Part shown: piece by piece, positions 12,687 to 23,970 of the stretch | Layout of the letters: each line of letters begins with the position of its first letter | Position numbering within the stretch: position 1 is the first letter of the stretch | Assembly (NCBI RefSeq): GCF_018350175.1 | Contig: NC_058368.1 | Span: forward strand, 77,006,001 to 77,070,000 | Direction: 5' to 3' | Source: Felis catus | Taxonomy: Eukaryota | DNA length: 64,000 bases | Made by a program: the position numbers and the translations under genes | Notes under the pieces: model-generated | Told to the model about the DNA's origin: nothing | Database searches by the model: none | Seen by the model: only the letters and a program-made list of their open reading frames with translations

Positions 12687-12780
12687 AACAGGTAGATGAT
12701 GAAGCAGATTTGGGAGAGTTCCCAGTTACCAAGAAGTAATAAAAATTACTTCTTGCGTATTTTGTCTATAATGTTTGAAC
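12687..12780 (+). other. Candidate 3'-terminal exon with poly(A) signal (host gene unidentified)
   Basis: Acceptor ttttgtttttccag|, open frame (x)QVDDEADLGEFPVTKK*, TAA 12737-12739 overlapping AATAAA 12738-12743, then a GT/T-rich tract. Confidence 0.3.
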
Positions 12781-12910
12781 ACCTTTAATTCTGTCATACC
12801 TGGAGTTCATGATTTTCATTATAATCTCTAAGCATGCAAAGTTCTTCCACACGAAGTCGCAAATCTCCAAACGTGACAGATTCGCTATTCCAACCTATAT
12901 GTGATCACTT

Positions 12911-12942
12911 CATTTATTTATTTGTAAAGTTGATTTATTTAT

Positions 12943-12979
<37 letters not shown>

Positions 12980-13104
12980 CCCAAGCAGACTATCCACTGT
13001 CAGCTCAGAGCCCTATACGGGGCTTGAACTCACGAGCCGTGAGATGGTGACCTGGGCCGAAACCAAGAGTCGATGCATAACCAACTGAGCCACCCAGGCT
13101 CCCC
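12911..13104 (-). mobile_element. CanSINE with long (GA)n
   Basis: Antisense body ending gagccacccaggctcccc; TSD tata(tg/aa)tgatcactt. Confidence 0.93.
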
Positions 13105-13878
13105 TATAAATGATCACTTTAGACATATTTATCTGAGAAAGGGAAACCTAAAATATATAGTAACAATACTTAGAATTTCAATATTCTAGAAAATCTCTCA
13201 TCTTTTTAAGGATGTTAGAGATAAAGGGCCAAGATGGCATTTTAAGCCGTAATGTAAAATAAACTACAAACCCCCTCTATGATTGTCAATGTCTTACCCT
13301 GCTGGTTTTAATAATGCGAAGCAGATTTCATGATAATAAAGTCCATATGAAGAGCATTTTAAAAAATGAAAAAAATCAAGACAAATCAATTCAGCCTATT
13401 CACCCTTTAATGTATCCTACAGTACTTAGGCTGCTTAAAAAATGGAACAGTAGGGTAGACGTTCTTATAAAATGGAAAATAATTCCCATCCACTACCAGC
13501 TGTTCCTTAGCAAATAATTTAGAATTTTAGAATTTCAATATCAGTAAATCAAAGTGATAAGAATCGGAGTGGGCATCATGAGGCTAACGTAAAAATTATT
13601 CTTATTTTTTGAGGTTTCAGTTCATGTGGGGAGAGCTGAGATTCACACATGAAAGCTTCACATACAAAAGTAATGGGGCAGGCTGCTTTATCCCTGGTTG
13701 TGTTCAAGGAAACAATCAAGCAGGCTCTGGGCAAAGGACTTGATTTAGCATAAATAGACACTAATACGATCGAAAACTTGCCACTGACCAGCCCAAGGTA
13801 TGAAACTGCATTTCTTCCTTTGTGTAGCTTGTTGTGGTTCTGACCTTCTTCCTCAAGGCTGGAAACCAGAACATTTCT

Positions 13879-14096
13879 TTGTTTTTGTTTTTTTTTTAAT
13901 GTCTATTCATTTCTGAGAGAGACAGAGTACTAGTGAGGGAGGGGCAGAGAGAGAGAGAGGGAGACAGAATCTGAAACAGGCTCCAGGCTCCGAGCTGTCA
14001 GCCCAGAGCCCGACACGGGGCTCGAACCCACAAACCGTGAGGTCATGACCTGAGTTCACGTCAGATGCTCCAGCGACGGAGCCACCTGGGCGCCCC
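13879..14096 (-). mobile_element. CanSINE
   Basis: Antisense body; TSD aaccagaac(a/g)tttct. Confidence 0.95.
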
Positions 14097-14189
14097 GAAC
14101 CAGAACGTTTCTATTCAAGCATGACATATATCCCCCATGTAAGGAGGGAGGCTTCCCTGTCCCTTGGTATAACTTTAAAATTTCTGTAA

Positions 14190-14388
14190 TTTTCCTTTTT
14201 TCAATGTTTATTTATTTTTGAGAGAAAGAGAGTGAGTGGAGGAGGGGCAGAGAAAGGGGGGACTGAGGATCCAAAGCAGGCTCCACCCTGACAACAAGGG
14301 CCAGATGCGGGGCTCAAACTCACAAACCACAAGATCACGACCTGAACCGAAGTCAGATGCTTAACTGACTGAGCCACCCAGGTGCCCC
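14190..14388 (-). mobile_element. CanSINE
   Basis: caatgtttatttatttttgagag...actgagccacccaggtgcccc. Confidence 0.93.
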
Positions 14389-14929
14389 TCTGTACCTTTC
14401 TTTATACTTTATTAGTTATTTCATGATTTGAGTAACTTTGGTGGATGCCATTTTTCTTCCATGATATTTTCTCATTGGCTTATTCCTGGGAAATGATGGA
14501 TTTTTATACATTTGTGTTGTCCCATGTATCTAGTCTGCCTTTCATTTTGGCCCGAGTCCGTCAGTTTGATGAGAAAGGTGGGTTTAAACTGACTTGTAAA
14601 CTGATTGGTAAGTGCGTATTTCTCCCCTCGTTGTCATCTCTGACCTAGGGCTGCAGAGAAAGCTTCTCCACAAGGCACGTGAGAGAACATCACGTGAACA
14701 TGAATGAACGAGTTTTGTGTTTCCTGTTCTTCCTTTCTCCCTCCTCATTTGCCAGGCCAGAATGTGTATATGTGGCATTCCTGGCCGTGCTGTTCTGTGC
14801 TCGCGAGTCAGGGAAGTTGTGTACCGGGGCCCGGTAACCATCTTGATTTGGTCCAAATGTTTTTATATTTTCCTAACTGTGTTGTGAATTTGAATTCTTC
14901 TCAGTTTTCTTATAATGACAGAGATTGAT

Positions 14930-15402
14930 TGTGGTAGGCAGGTAATGGTACCCAAAGATGGCCTGTTCTCTGACCCCTGGAACTTGGGGGTGTGTTACCA
15001 AAAGGCAAAGGGGACTTTGCAGATGTGATTAAACGTATGGAACTCGAAATAGGGAGATTATCCTGGACACTCAGGGTGGGCCCATCGAGTCACACAAATC
15101 CTTAAAAGGGCAGGACCTTTCTGGTGGTGGTCCGGGAGAGATGTGACAATTCGAAGCAAGGTCACAGAGATGCATTGTTTCTGGCTTTGAACATGGAGGA
15201 AGAGGGCAGGAACCAAGGAAGCAGGGTGTCTTTAGAAACTGGGAAGGAGCACCCAAGAGAAATGCAGCCCTGCTGACCATTGATTTTGGCCCCGTGAGAC
15301 TCGAATCACACTTCTGACCTCTGGGAGTGTAAGATTATACATTTGTACTATGTCAAGCCCTCAAGTTTGTGGCAGTTTGTAATGGCAGGAATAGAAAATA
15401 CA
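14930..15402 (+). mobile_element. MaLR solo LTR (MLT1C/D-like)
   Basis: TG...CA ends (tgtggtaggcag...gaaaataca), gggactttgcagatgtgattaa, gggagattatcctgga; 5-bp TSD TTGAT. Confidence 0.88.
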
Positions 15403-15406
15403 TTGA

Positions 15407-15784
15407 TGTATTAGCCAGCTCAGGCCACCCTACAGATCAGACAGCTTAAATAGCAGAAATGTATGTTCTCATAGTTCTGGAGACCGGGAGTCCAGGGTCA
15501 AGGTCCGGGTGGGTAGGGTCTGGTGAGATCCTGCGTCCTGGCTTGCAGCCTTCGCACTGTGTCTGCACATGGCAGAGAGACAGAGAGAGAGACAGAGAGA
15601 GGGAGAAAGAGAGAGTTCTCTGGTGGTCTTCTCAGGAGGATAGGATCCTATCAGACCAGGACTCCACCCTTATGACCTCATTAGCCTTAATTACCTTCTA
15701 AAGGCCCCACCTTCAAGTACAGCCACATTAGGGATTAGGACTTCAACAGGAGAGTTTTGGAGGAACACAATTCTGTCCATAGCA
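15407..15784 (-). mobile_element. MaLR solo LTR (MLT1A/B-like)
   Basis: tgtattag...cagaaatgtatgttctcatagttctggag...ccttatgacctca...cacaattctgtccatagca; 5-bp TSD ATTGA. Confidence 0.85.
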
Positions 15785-15888
15785 ATTGATTTTACAAGTT
15801 TTATACCTCTTTATTTCAGGGATGTGCTTAACGGGGGGATAAGAGTATTAGTACTTATAATATCTCCCTTTAAAATGTCCCTCCTTTA

Positions 15889-16070
15889 GGGACCCCTGGG
15901 TGGCTCAGTCAGTTAAGCGTCTAACTCTTGATTTCAGCTCAGGTCATGACATCATGGTGCGTGAGATCGAGCCCCGCACCAGGCTCTGTGCTGACAGTGT
16001 GAAGCCTGCTCGGGATTCCCTCTCCCTCTCTCTCTGCTGTCAACATAAACAAACATTTAAAAAATAAAAT
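15889..16070 (+). mobile_element. CanSINE (shortened 3' body)
   Basis: gggacccctgggtggctcagtcagttaagcg...; degenerate TSD taaaatgt.c.tcctt. Confidence 0.92.
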
Positions 16071-16114
16071 AAAATGTGCTTCCTTAAAAAATGTTTACAA
16101 TTTACATGTTTTAT

Positions 16115-16490
16115 ACTTTTTATTTTAAAATAATTTTGGACTTATAGCAAATTTCTAGAAACAGTCCAAAGAGTTTCCTAATGCTCTTTACCCAGCTTCT
16201 CTAGCATCCTCTATGTCAACACTTTACACAACCACAGGACAATGACCGGACTCAGGAAACAAATGAGGATACAATACCATTAGCGAAATTACAGGCCATG
16301 TTAGAATTGCACCAATTTTTCAAGCAATGCCTGTTTTCTGCTCCAGGGTCAATCCAGGGCTCCGTGTTGCATTTAGCGTCCCCCATTCATTGGTCTTCTT
16401 AACCTGTTGCCATGTCTCAGTTTCCTTGTCCCTGGCACTTTGGAGGAGTACCGGCGGGTTATTTTGTTGAATTTGGGTTTGTGGTTCCTT
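16115..16490 (-). mobile_element. Old L1 3' UTR fragment (L1MC-like)
   Basis: ttttaaaataattttggacttatagcaaa...tttacccagcttc...ttgcatttag...actttggaggagtacc...aatttgggtttgt. Confidence 0.7.
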
Positions 16491-16859
16491 TTGTTAAGGG
16501 AAGTCCCTCCCGCTGTTTATGCTACTTTCTGATTTGACTTCCAGTTATACGCATGTCCAATTATAAGCCACTGAAAGCCTGATGTTCCTTCTGCTTCGAG
16601 GGGGCATTTTGTATTTCTAAAGACTTCTGGACTGAGTGACACCAAGATCCATAGACTTTTGCTTTTTTACAGGTAGGATTCTCATGTGGGGGTCCCTGGC
16701 AATTCTACTGCTCTTTCCAAATGTCTCTAAGCAAATCCGAAACAGCTGGAAATAACCGCATGCCGAAGAGTGAGAAAATTTGCCCCAGTGAGTCAACCAA
16801 ACCTGGGTCTGATTAGTGCATGCATGCCTCCTGGAGACAGTGAGCTGGGAGTGGGGGCA

Positions 16860-17030
16860 CAATAATAATAGCTAATAGCAAGCATTATTTAGTAATTACT
16901 GTGTGCCACGGGTTGTGCTAAATGCCTCACATAAATGATATAATTATTCCTCACAACCTACCCCTTGAGGTAGAAAGGAAATTGAAGACCTGAGCAGTTA
17001 AATAGTTTGGTTATGATCATGTAGCGTGGA
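16860..17030 (-). mobile_element. MIR fragment
   Basis: aataataatagctaa...tactgtgtgcca...gtgctaaatgc...tcctcacaacc...aggaaattgaagac. Confidence 0.75.
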
Positions 17031-18217
17031 GGTTACTGTGGGCTGAAACAGAGAGAGTTCGGTGATTAACGAACAGGAGCAAAAAGTCCAATCTAAGCCA
17101 GGTTATCAGATAGGATAGACTGGAGGGTGGACTTAGGTGGCAGATATATGGTGCGAGGGACTGAAAAAAAGTCTGGAGGAAGTCAGATTCTCTTGGAGTG
17201 GCAAGATTCCCCGGCTGTGATCAGATTAATAAATTTCCCACTTACGATATCCCTGTATTATTCTTCTACCAGGGGAATAACTGCCTTTACTTAATTCTCT
17301 ACCAGACAGCTCATTCTAGTTTTGGACAACCATGACTGTGGAAGTCTGCTCCTTCCTGGGCTGAAACCTGCTTGGTCCTAGTTAAGCCATCTGAAGTTAA
17401 CAAGATCAGTATCATGTCACTTTCACTTGGCAATCCTTTGGATATTTGAAGATCAAAATAATGTTCCGCTTCCCTCTTTTTGTTTCTAGTTTCATGTGCT
17501 TCACCTAATATGATTAACAGACCTCTCACCACACAGGTCTCTCTTATTTGTTTAGAGGTAGGCAAATACTAGAAGACTATTCAAATTTGAATTTGACATG
17601 AAAAGCAAATGAAAGCCATTGTATAATTAAGGTGACTTGGATGTCAGGAACAGGAAACTGTAGGGCCGGCACTGAGTGGCCAGTCGAGGGCGAGAACCTA
17701 AACCACAGGAAAATCTTGTGTCTACAGGAACAGTCTGGAAAAGCTCAGGGCAATACCATTTCAATAATTATGCCTTTTAAGATTTCTCTTAGAAGAACAC
17801 GTAACTTAGACTTCCTGAGGACATAATCTGGAGCACATCTGAACATTTATAACCCGGGTTCTGCCTGGCACTTAAAATGTTTTCCTATTTAGGAGATGTG
17901 ATTGGCAAATGAGACTTTTATCTTTTGATGCTATCAACTGAGATCTGTAGCAAGAGTTGGATGATGGATTTCTCTTGGAACACATGATCCTTCTGTAATT
18001 TCACCGCTCTCTCCTTCCCCTCTTCCTTTACTTGTAACTAAGCCCTGAAATAGAACTTAATCTGTCAGATGTACTCTCCATTTGCTCTTTTTTACACAGC
18101 AAACACTATTATTGCCGTTGCCGAGTTATAAATTCTTCTTGAAATTAAACATAGTAGTTGAAAGAAGAAAATAGCTTTTGCAAATGTCTTTTAAAATCTT
18201 TGGTGCTCACTACACTA

Positions 18218-18410
18218 TTTTATTTTATTTTTTTCAATGTTTCTTCATTGTTGAGGATGGGGAGGGGCAGAGAGAGAGGGGGACAGAGGACCCGAAGCAG
18301 ACTCCGCACTGACATCAGAGAGCCGACGCGGGGCTCGAACTCAACGAGCCTCGAGATCGTGGCCTGAGTCGAAGTCAGCCGCTTAACCGACTGGGCCAGC
18401 CAGGTGCCCC
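18218..18410 (-). mobile_element. CanSINE
   Basis: Antisense body ending ccaggtgcccc; degenerate TSD tcact..actat. Confidence 0.93.
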
Positions 18411-19479
18411 TCACTCTACTATCTTAAAACAGTATCTTTTAGTAGGAAAAACAAAACATGGCCAACTAATGTCTTTTTTTCCCCTTGCCGAATGCTAACG
18501 AAATAATCAGTAAACCTCAATACTGAATACTATCGAGGTGCTGAGTCAACTGGAAATCAAACTGAGTCATGCATGATTCTCTTCTCACCTTGAATCCTCT
18601 TTACAGTTATTCTGCAGTGCCCTGAAATGCTAGTCGTGGTATTAATGGGTGACTGTCCCATTTCTCAAGGGCATTATTTGGAAGTTAAAAAAATTTTTTT
18701 CTACTGTTTACAAAACAATGAGTTATGCCCATCTTTAGAAAGGTGAGGCAAGTGATTGGAGATGTTTTGAAGATTTTAGGAGTCAGTGTAAAAAGAGTCA
18801 GAGCAGTTAGATCTTCCAGTCTCCTTAAAATGCGTTTGCTATTGAACAGAAATAGGAATTGATTTGATAATTTCAAGTCTAATAATGAACACTTCACTCC
18901 ATTTATGTTTGAAAATGTAGAGATATCTGTGTTTTCTAATGGAATTTTCTCTTTACTTACTGGCAGAAATTCTCAGCTTGTTCCCTGTGAAATGTGTAGA
19001 TGTCAAAATTTTTTATCAGTCTACAGTTAAAATGAAGAGCTCATCTTCATTTTAGAGTAATAATATGGTGCAGAAAAAATGAGCATTGGCTGCTATATGA
19101 AGCCTCTGAAAGGTTTATGAAAAACAAGACATGCTCGAGACTTCATTTTTCTGGTGTATTTGTGGCAAGATCAGGTGTCATGGCATTTAAATGAAAAATT
19201 TGCTCTATGTAATTACTCATTGATCAAAGAGACAACTTAGGTTTGGGGGTGAAAGTAGTGAATTCGGTTAAAATATTCTGCTAAAATACTTCTGAAATTA
19301 TTTTTTAAGGTCTTCGTTAAGGCATAGGACCATCATTCTTGAATACTATGACTTCTCAGTGTGTCGTTTGAGTAATTCAGTTCTATGAGTTTGAAAAAAG
19401 TCAGGAAATATTCCTGAAGTGAATTTTCTCCCAAGCGTCTCTCTATGTCACCAGTGGGCTGCTTTAAACAGTAAGAGCA

Positions 19480-19695
19480 GGGGTGCCTGGGTGGCTCAGT
19501 CAGTAAGCGTCCGACATCGGCTTAGGCCACGATCTCTCGGTTCGTGAGTTCGAGCCCGAGTCAGGCTCTGTGCTGACAGTTCAGATCCTGGAGCCTGCTT
19601 TGGATTCTGTGTCTCCTTCTCTCTCTGCCCCTCCCCTGCTCATGTTCTGTCTCTCTCTCTCTGTCTCGAAAATAAACGAACATTAAAAAATAAAA
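19480..19695 (+). mobile_element. CanSINE
   Basis: Full body; exact 15-bp TSD taaacagtaagagca. Confidence 0.96.
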
Positions 19696-20402
19696 TAAAC
19701 AGTAAGAGCATAATATGTTCCACAGCTTTGGGCCAGCCCTGCCTGGGGCCATGCAGCCACGTCAGCGTCTACATGGGCATCATATGCATCCGTGTGATGC
19801 CCAGTAGCTGATTGGGGTGTGGGAGGAAACTGTTGGAATATCTAATTTTAGCTTTTACTTGCAAAAAAATGAAAGAAATCGAGCATATTAAATATTAAAC
19901 ACACAGGTTGAACTGATTGCTTCCCTTGCTAACACGGTGCTTCTTACGTTTAGCCCCAAATGTGTTGCGAAGGTAGGGTGGGCTCTTTCCCATTTACTCT
20001 TCCAGCAGAATCTGTAGGGCAGATGCGAATAGCCTGCTTGTTTCTGACCTGAAATCAATTCTGTTTCCTGCTCGACAGGAATTTGGGGCCATGGAGATGG
20101 GCTGTCCAGTAAGTGAGCATTATTTACTTTTCAAACGACACCCCAGGACTTGATACATGAAATAGTAAGCATGACTTTGTGTGAGCAAAAGCCGACTTTT
20201 GGTATTTAAAATCTCTCCATAAAACTTGACTGTTTTTCCTATTTTTTAGATAAAAATGTTACCAATGTCAAGGAAATACATTTCCACTTTCCAAGTGAAT
20301 GAATTCTATTCTGTAGTTGTCCAACTGGCCATTTTTTGGTGTTGTTTTTAACTTGGTCTTTGACCAGTTAAGTTTTCTCTGCCTTTTCTAGTCACTGTCC
20401 CT

Positions 20403-20443
20403 CTTTTCTCTCTTTTGATTCTGCTTTTCTCTCTTTTGATTCT
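20403..20443 (+). repeat. 21-bp tandem duplication
   Basis: cttttctctcttttgattctg followed by cttttctctcttttgattct. Confidence 0.9.
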
Positions 20444-20519
20444 TCGTATCGGGTGAGTCGAAGTGCCATATTGGACCGAATATTAGACACTCCGTCGATG
20501 TGTATTTTACGTGCAATGC

Positions 20520-21000
20520 ACATGTGCTGTTTTGGCTTGGGCGGCCCTTTTGCCCCCTTTCTTCTGGGAACTGAGCTCCTCTTTAACATCTCGCCTCCCT
20601 CTTGTTACTGATAGGGCAGTTCATCACACATCCCCCAAACTTCCATCAAAGACATGGTGACCTGAGCTAGGCCGCAGACTCAGACCGGGACATCACGGGA
20701 CATAACAAGAGAGAGGAGCCCTCTATTTGCTGACATCTCAGACTGTGAGGACCAGGGAAACTTGGGGCCTTCAGCCCACGTGAGGAGGGCTTGCCAGCAA
20801 TGAAGCCAATACAAGGATTGTCCAGAGAAGGAGAGCGAGCGAGAGAGAGATGGGCCTCCATGTTTGAGCCTCTGATGGGTCTCCACCTAACGCCAGCCAC
20901 GCTGTGGGATTCTCAGTCCCTCCCGTAATTAGATTTCCTAGTTGTGCTTAGGCTAGTTTGTGACCTTGTGTGGCTACACTGTTTCTGAATAAGATGACAC
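20520..21000 (+). mobile_element. Possible old ERVL/MaLR LTR
   Basis: 3' part ttgtgcttaggctagtttgtg resembles the ttgcttaagctagtttgag motif of old ERVL/MaLR LTRs; very diverged. Confidence 0.35.
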
Positions 21001-21074
21001 TGTGTAGAGAAAACCATATGCACTTTTCAATTCTACTACAAAAATGGCAAATTCATAAGGTTCCACCCAGCGTA

Positions 21075-21260
21075 ATAGGATCCAGCTGGTCAGGAGACTC
21101 TAAACTCCCATCTCCACCCATCACTTTGTGTTCTTGACCTCTCTGAGCCTCAGTGTCCTTTGTATTGAAAAGAGAGGGAGAAACCATCTGCCTGACCTTC
21201 ACACAGAGAGCGGGAAGCCGATAAAGCCTATGAAAACCCTTTGTAAGCTGTCGGCCTCTA
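21075..21260 (+). mobile_element. MIR fragment
   Basis: gtcaggagact...actttgtgttcttgacctctctgagcctcagtgtcc...gaaaaccctttgtaagctgt. Confidence 0.6.
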
Positions 21261-21629
21261 TAAAAAGGTAACCTGCTGTTCCCGATGGGAAGGTCTGATT
21301 CCCTGGGCTGTGTTACAGTTTATTAGGATGATCTTTCCCGTGGTACTTAGGTAGACCTCCGGAATTGCTGGCACCTGTGAGGCTGTGACGGTATCAAAGT
21401 TTCCCCGGGAATGTGACGAAGGCCTGACTCACGGCAGAGAATCTTCTTTTCCTTCAGTTGCGTCTCGGAGGGCTCACGAGTACCTGACTTTCGGTGCCGT
21501 TGGTAAGAGCTGATCAACATAACGCTTTCTTACTCTGGGATGCTTTCCAGTTCGTGGGAAAACTAAGGGAGGACCCTGCTAATGAGGATGTTCTTAGGAG
21601 TCAGGGAGACGCCGTTGGGGCCAAGAAGG

Positions 21630-21810
21630 AGCTCGTGTTTACTGCGTGCTTGCTCTGTCTTGCTCTCGGCCAGGACAGTCAGTCTCACAGCAACCTCAGA
21701 AGATGGGTGTTCTCACTCTAACAGACGGATCGACAAACACTGAGTGACTCTAACAAGATCACAGCAAGTTACGGAGACAAGGTCCCAACCCCACACTGCC
21801 AGGCTCTGTC
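21630..21810 (-). mobile_element. MIR fragment
   Basis: gtttactgcgtgcttgctctgt...tctcacagcaacctcagaaga...aagatcacagcaagtta. Confidence 0.55.
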
Positions 21811-22849
21811 CCCATGTTGCTATTTATAAAGAGAAGGCCAAGGCCACCTCGTTCACCTAGTTCTTCTGGGGAAGATCCACAAAGTCAGCAGGTAGATTGC
21901 CGAGCGGGCTGCGTTTGGCTGTAGTATTTCCAGTCACGTGGGGGGAGTCCCTTTGCGTGTCAGAAGTCTCCCTAAATTCGTACGAGTAGTTAAAGGGGAG
22001 CAAAACTTCTAAAAGTGTAACCGCTATCTTTTAAAGAGACCATTTTGAAGCCATGTATGTGTGTGTATGTACATACCTCCAAACTTACCCACTAAAGTGG
22101 AAGCACAGCAAATCTAAGTTTCATAATTAGGAGTACATGATACATAACTCAATAATTAGGATATAAAGTACCCTGAAAAATAAAAAATGGTAGAAAACAT
22201 GGAAAACATTGCTTTAAAGAGACATAATGAGCCCCATTTGGGAGGGAGAAAAACAGACAATAAATCAGTTGAATAAATACAGACCAAAATCTGGATAGAA
22301 TTATCTCAAATGAGTTAATAGCCTAATTCAAAATAATATTTTAGGCTTCCAGCCACAGGCTTACAGATTCACTAAGTCTGTCCTCAGCATCAGTTTTCTG
22401 AATCTGTTCTGTATTTATTTTAGTGGAAATGAGTGAAGAATTAAGACATAACTAAATTACTTTTCCATGATGCATATGTTACATTGGTGCCATAAAAACA
22501 TAGTTTCCTCAAAGTTTAATTTATCAAGTGGAGTGTAAGATTAAAATAAAGATACTCCCTTGACATATACAAATATACACATATGTACACAGATCTACAT
22601 TTACTTCTCATGAAGCTCTCCCTGGTACTCTGGGCAGAGAACAAATTATGTCACCAAGAACAGGATTTGTTTTATAAAATGATTTCTAAGATAAGTAGTT
22701 GTTGGAGAATATTCTACTGGCATTCTACATTTCCCACTCAGACTTAGCAGACATAGAATCTGCTTTCTATTGTAGAAATCAATTTTAGCAACATTCATAA
22801 AAACAAAAGGACGCCAAGATATGAACATTAAAGACTGTTACGTCTTTTG

Positions 22850-23970
22850 ATAACATTCAGGAGTATATACACCGTAACATTTTAGATAATCGTAGGTAAC
22901 CTTATGCTCAGCCCTGAAAAGAAGGAAATTCTTTATCCAAAGAAAAGCTATTTCTAGATATTTTTATAAGTTACCTAACATAACCACTGGCTTTTCTTAA
23001 TATTAATTGGAAACCAGACTGGAGAAGATATTCACAGCATGTGAGAAAACAGGAACGTGCACTCATCCCTGGGCATTGCGAATTTACCATCACCTCTTGG
23101 ACGGGAAACTGACAAACTGGAGGAAAGTTGAAGGCGTCAGCAACTTCACTTCTACGTGTCTTGTTCTAAAATGTGCAAGACGGCGTGTGAAATGATAATC
23201 ATTGCAGCCCTGCGCAGAGCAGTAAAGAGTAGAAACAACTTTCACATCCTTTCTTGGTGTGATGAATAAAGAAACGGAGGTTTAATCATAGGATGAGATA
23301 GTACACAATGTGTGTAGACCTAGATCCACGTATAACTATACGGATAAAGTAGGAAAATATTATTGAGTCTAAAAGCAAGCTACAGGGGTGCCTGCGTGGC
23401 TCAGTTGTTAAGCGTCAGACTCGATTTCAGCTCAGGTCGTGATCTCGTGGTTTCACGGGTTCAAGCCCCGCGTCGGGCCCTGCACTGACAGTGTGGAGTT
23501 TGCTTGAGAGTCTCTCTCTCCCCCTCTCCCTGCCCCTCCTCTGCTCATGCTGTCTCTGTCTCTCTCAAAAATAAATACATAGACTTAAAAAAAAAATTAA
23601 AAGCAAGCTACAAAGCTACTGAACAGCACAAAAACCTTTATAAAAAATTTAAGACACAGAAGCAAAGGCAGATATATTTTGTATATTCATCCTTACACAG
23701 GTAAGTCACAAAAACAAGAATGGGAATAACACACACAACTATTAGATTAGAAGCCACCTTCGTGGAGAAGGATGAGTAAGAGAGAGGACGAAGGACATTG
23801 TTTAATTTAAAATATTTAACTTAATCTCTTCAAACTAGAAATATTTGAAGCAAATATGCAAAACAATAGTATTTGTTTCATGTCTATGGGAAGTCAGTAG
23901 GTGTGTGTTACATTTTGTGGCACCTGCCTACAGGTTTGAAATATTAACAATTAAACGATTAAAAATGTTA
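22850..23970 (+). mobile_element. Old L1 3' fragment (L1M/L1ME-like), interrupted by a SINE
   Basis: cagactggagaagatattcaca, tagaaacaact, tattgagtctaaaagcaagctaca, gaagcaaatatgcaaaac; A-rich sense strand. Confidence 0.6.
23385..23597 (+). mobile_element. CanSINE
   Basis: Full body; exact 15-bp TSD taaaagcaagctaca. Confidence 0.96.
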
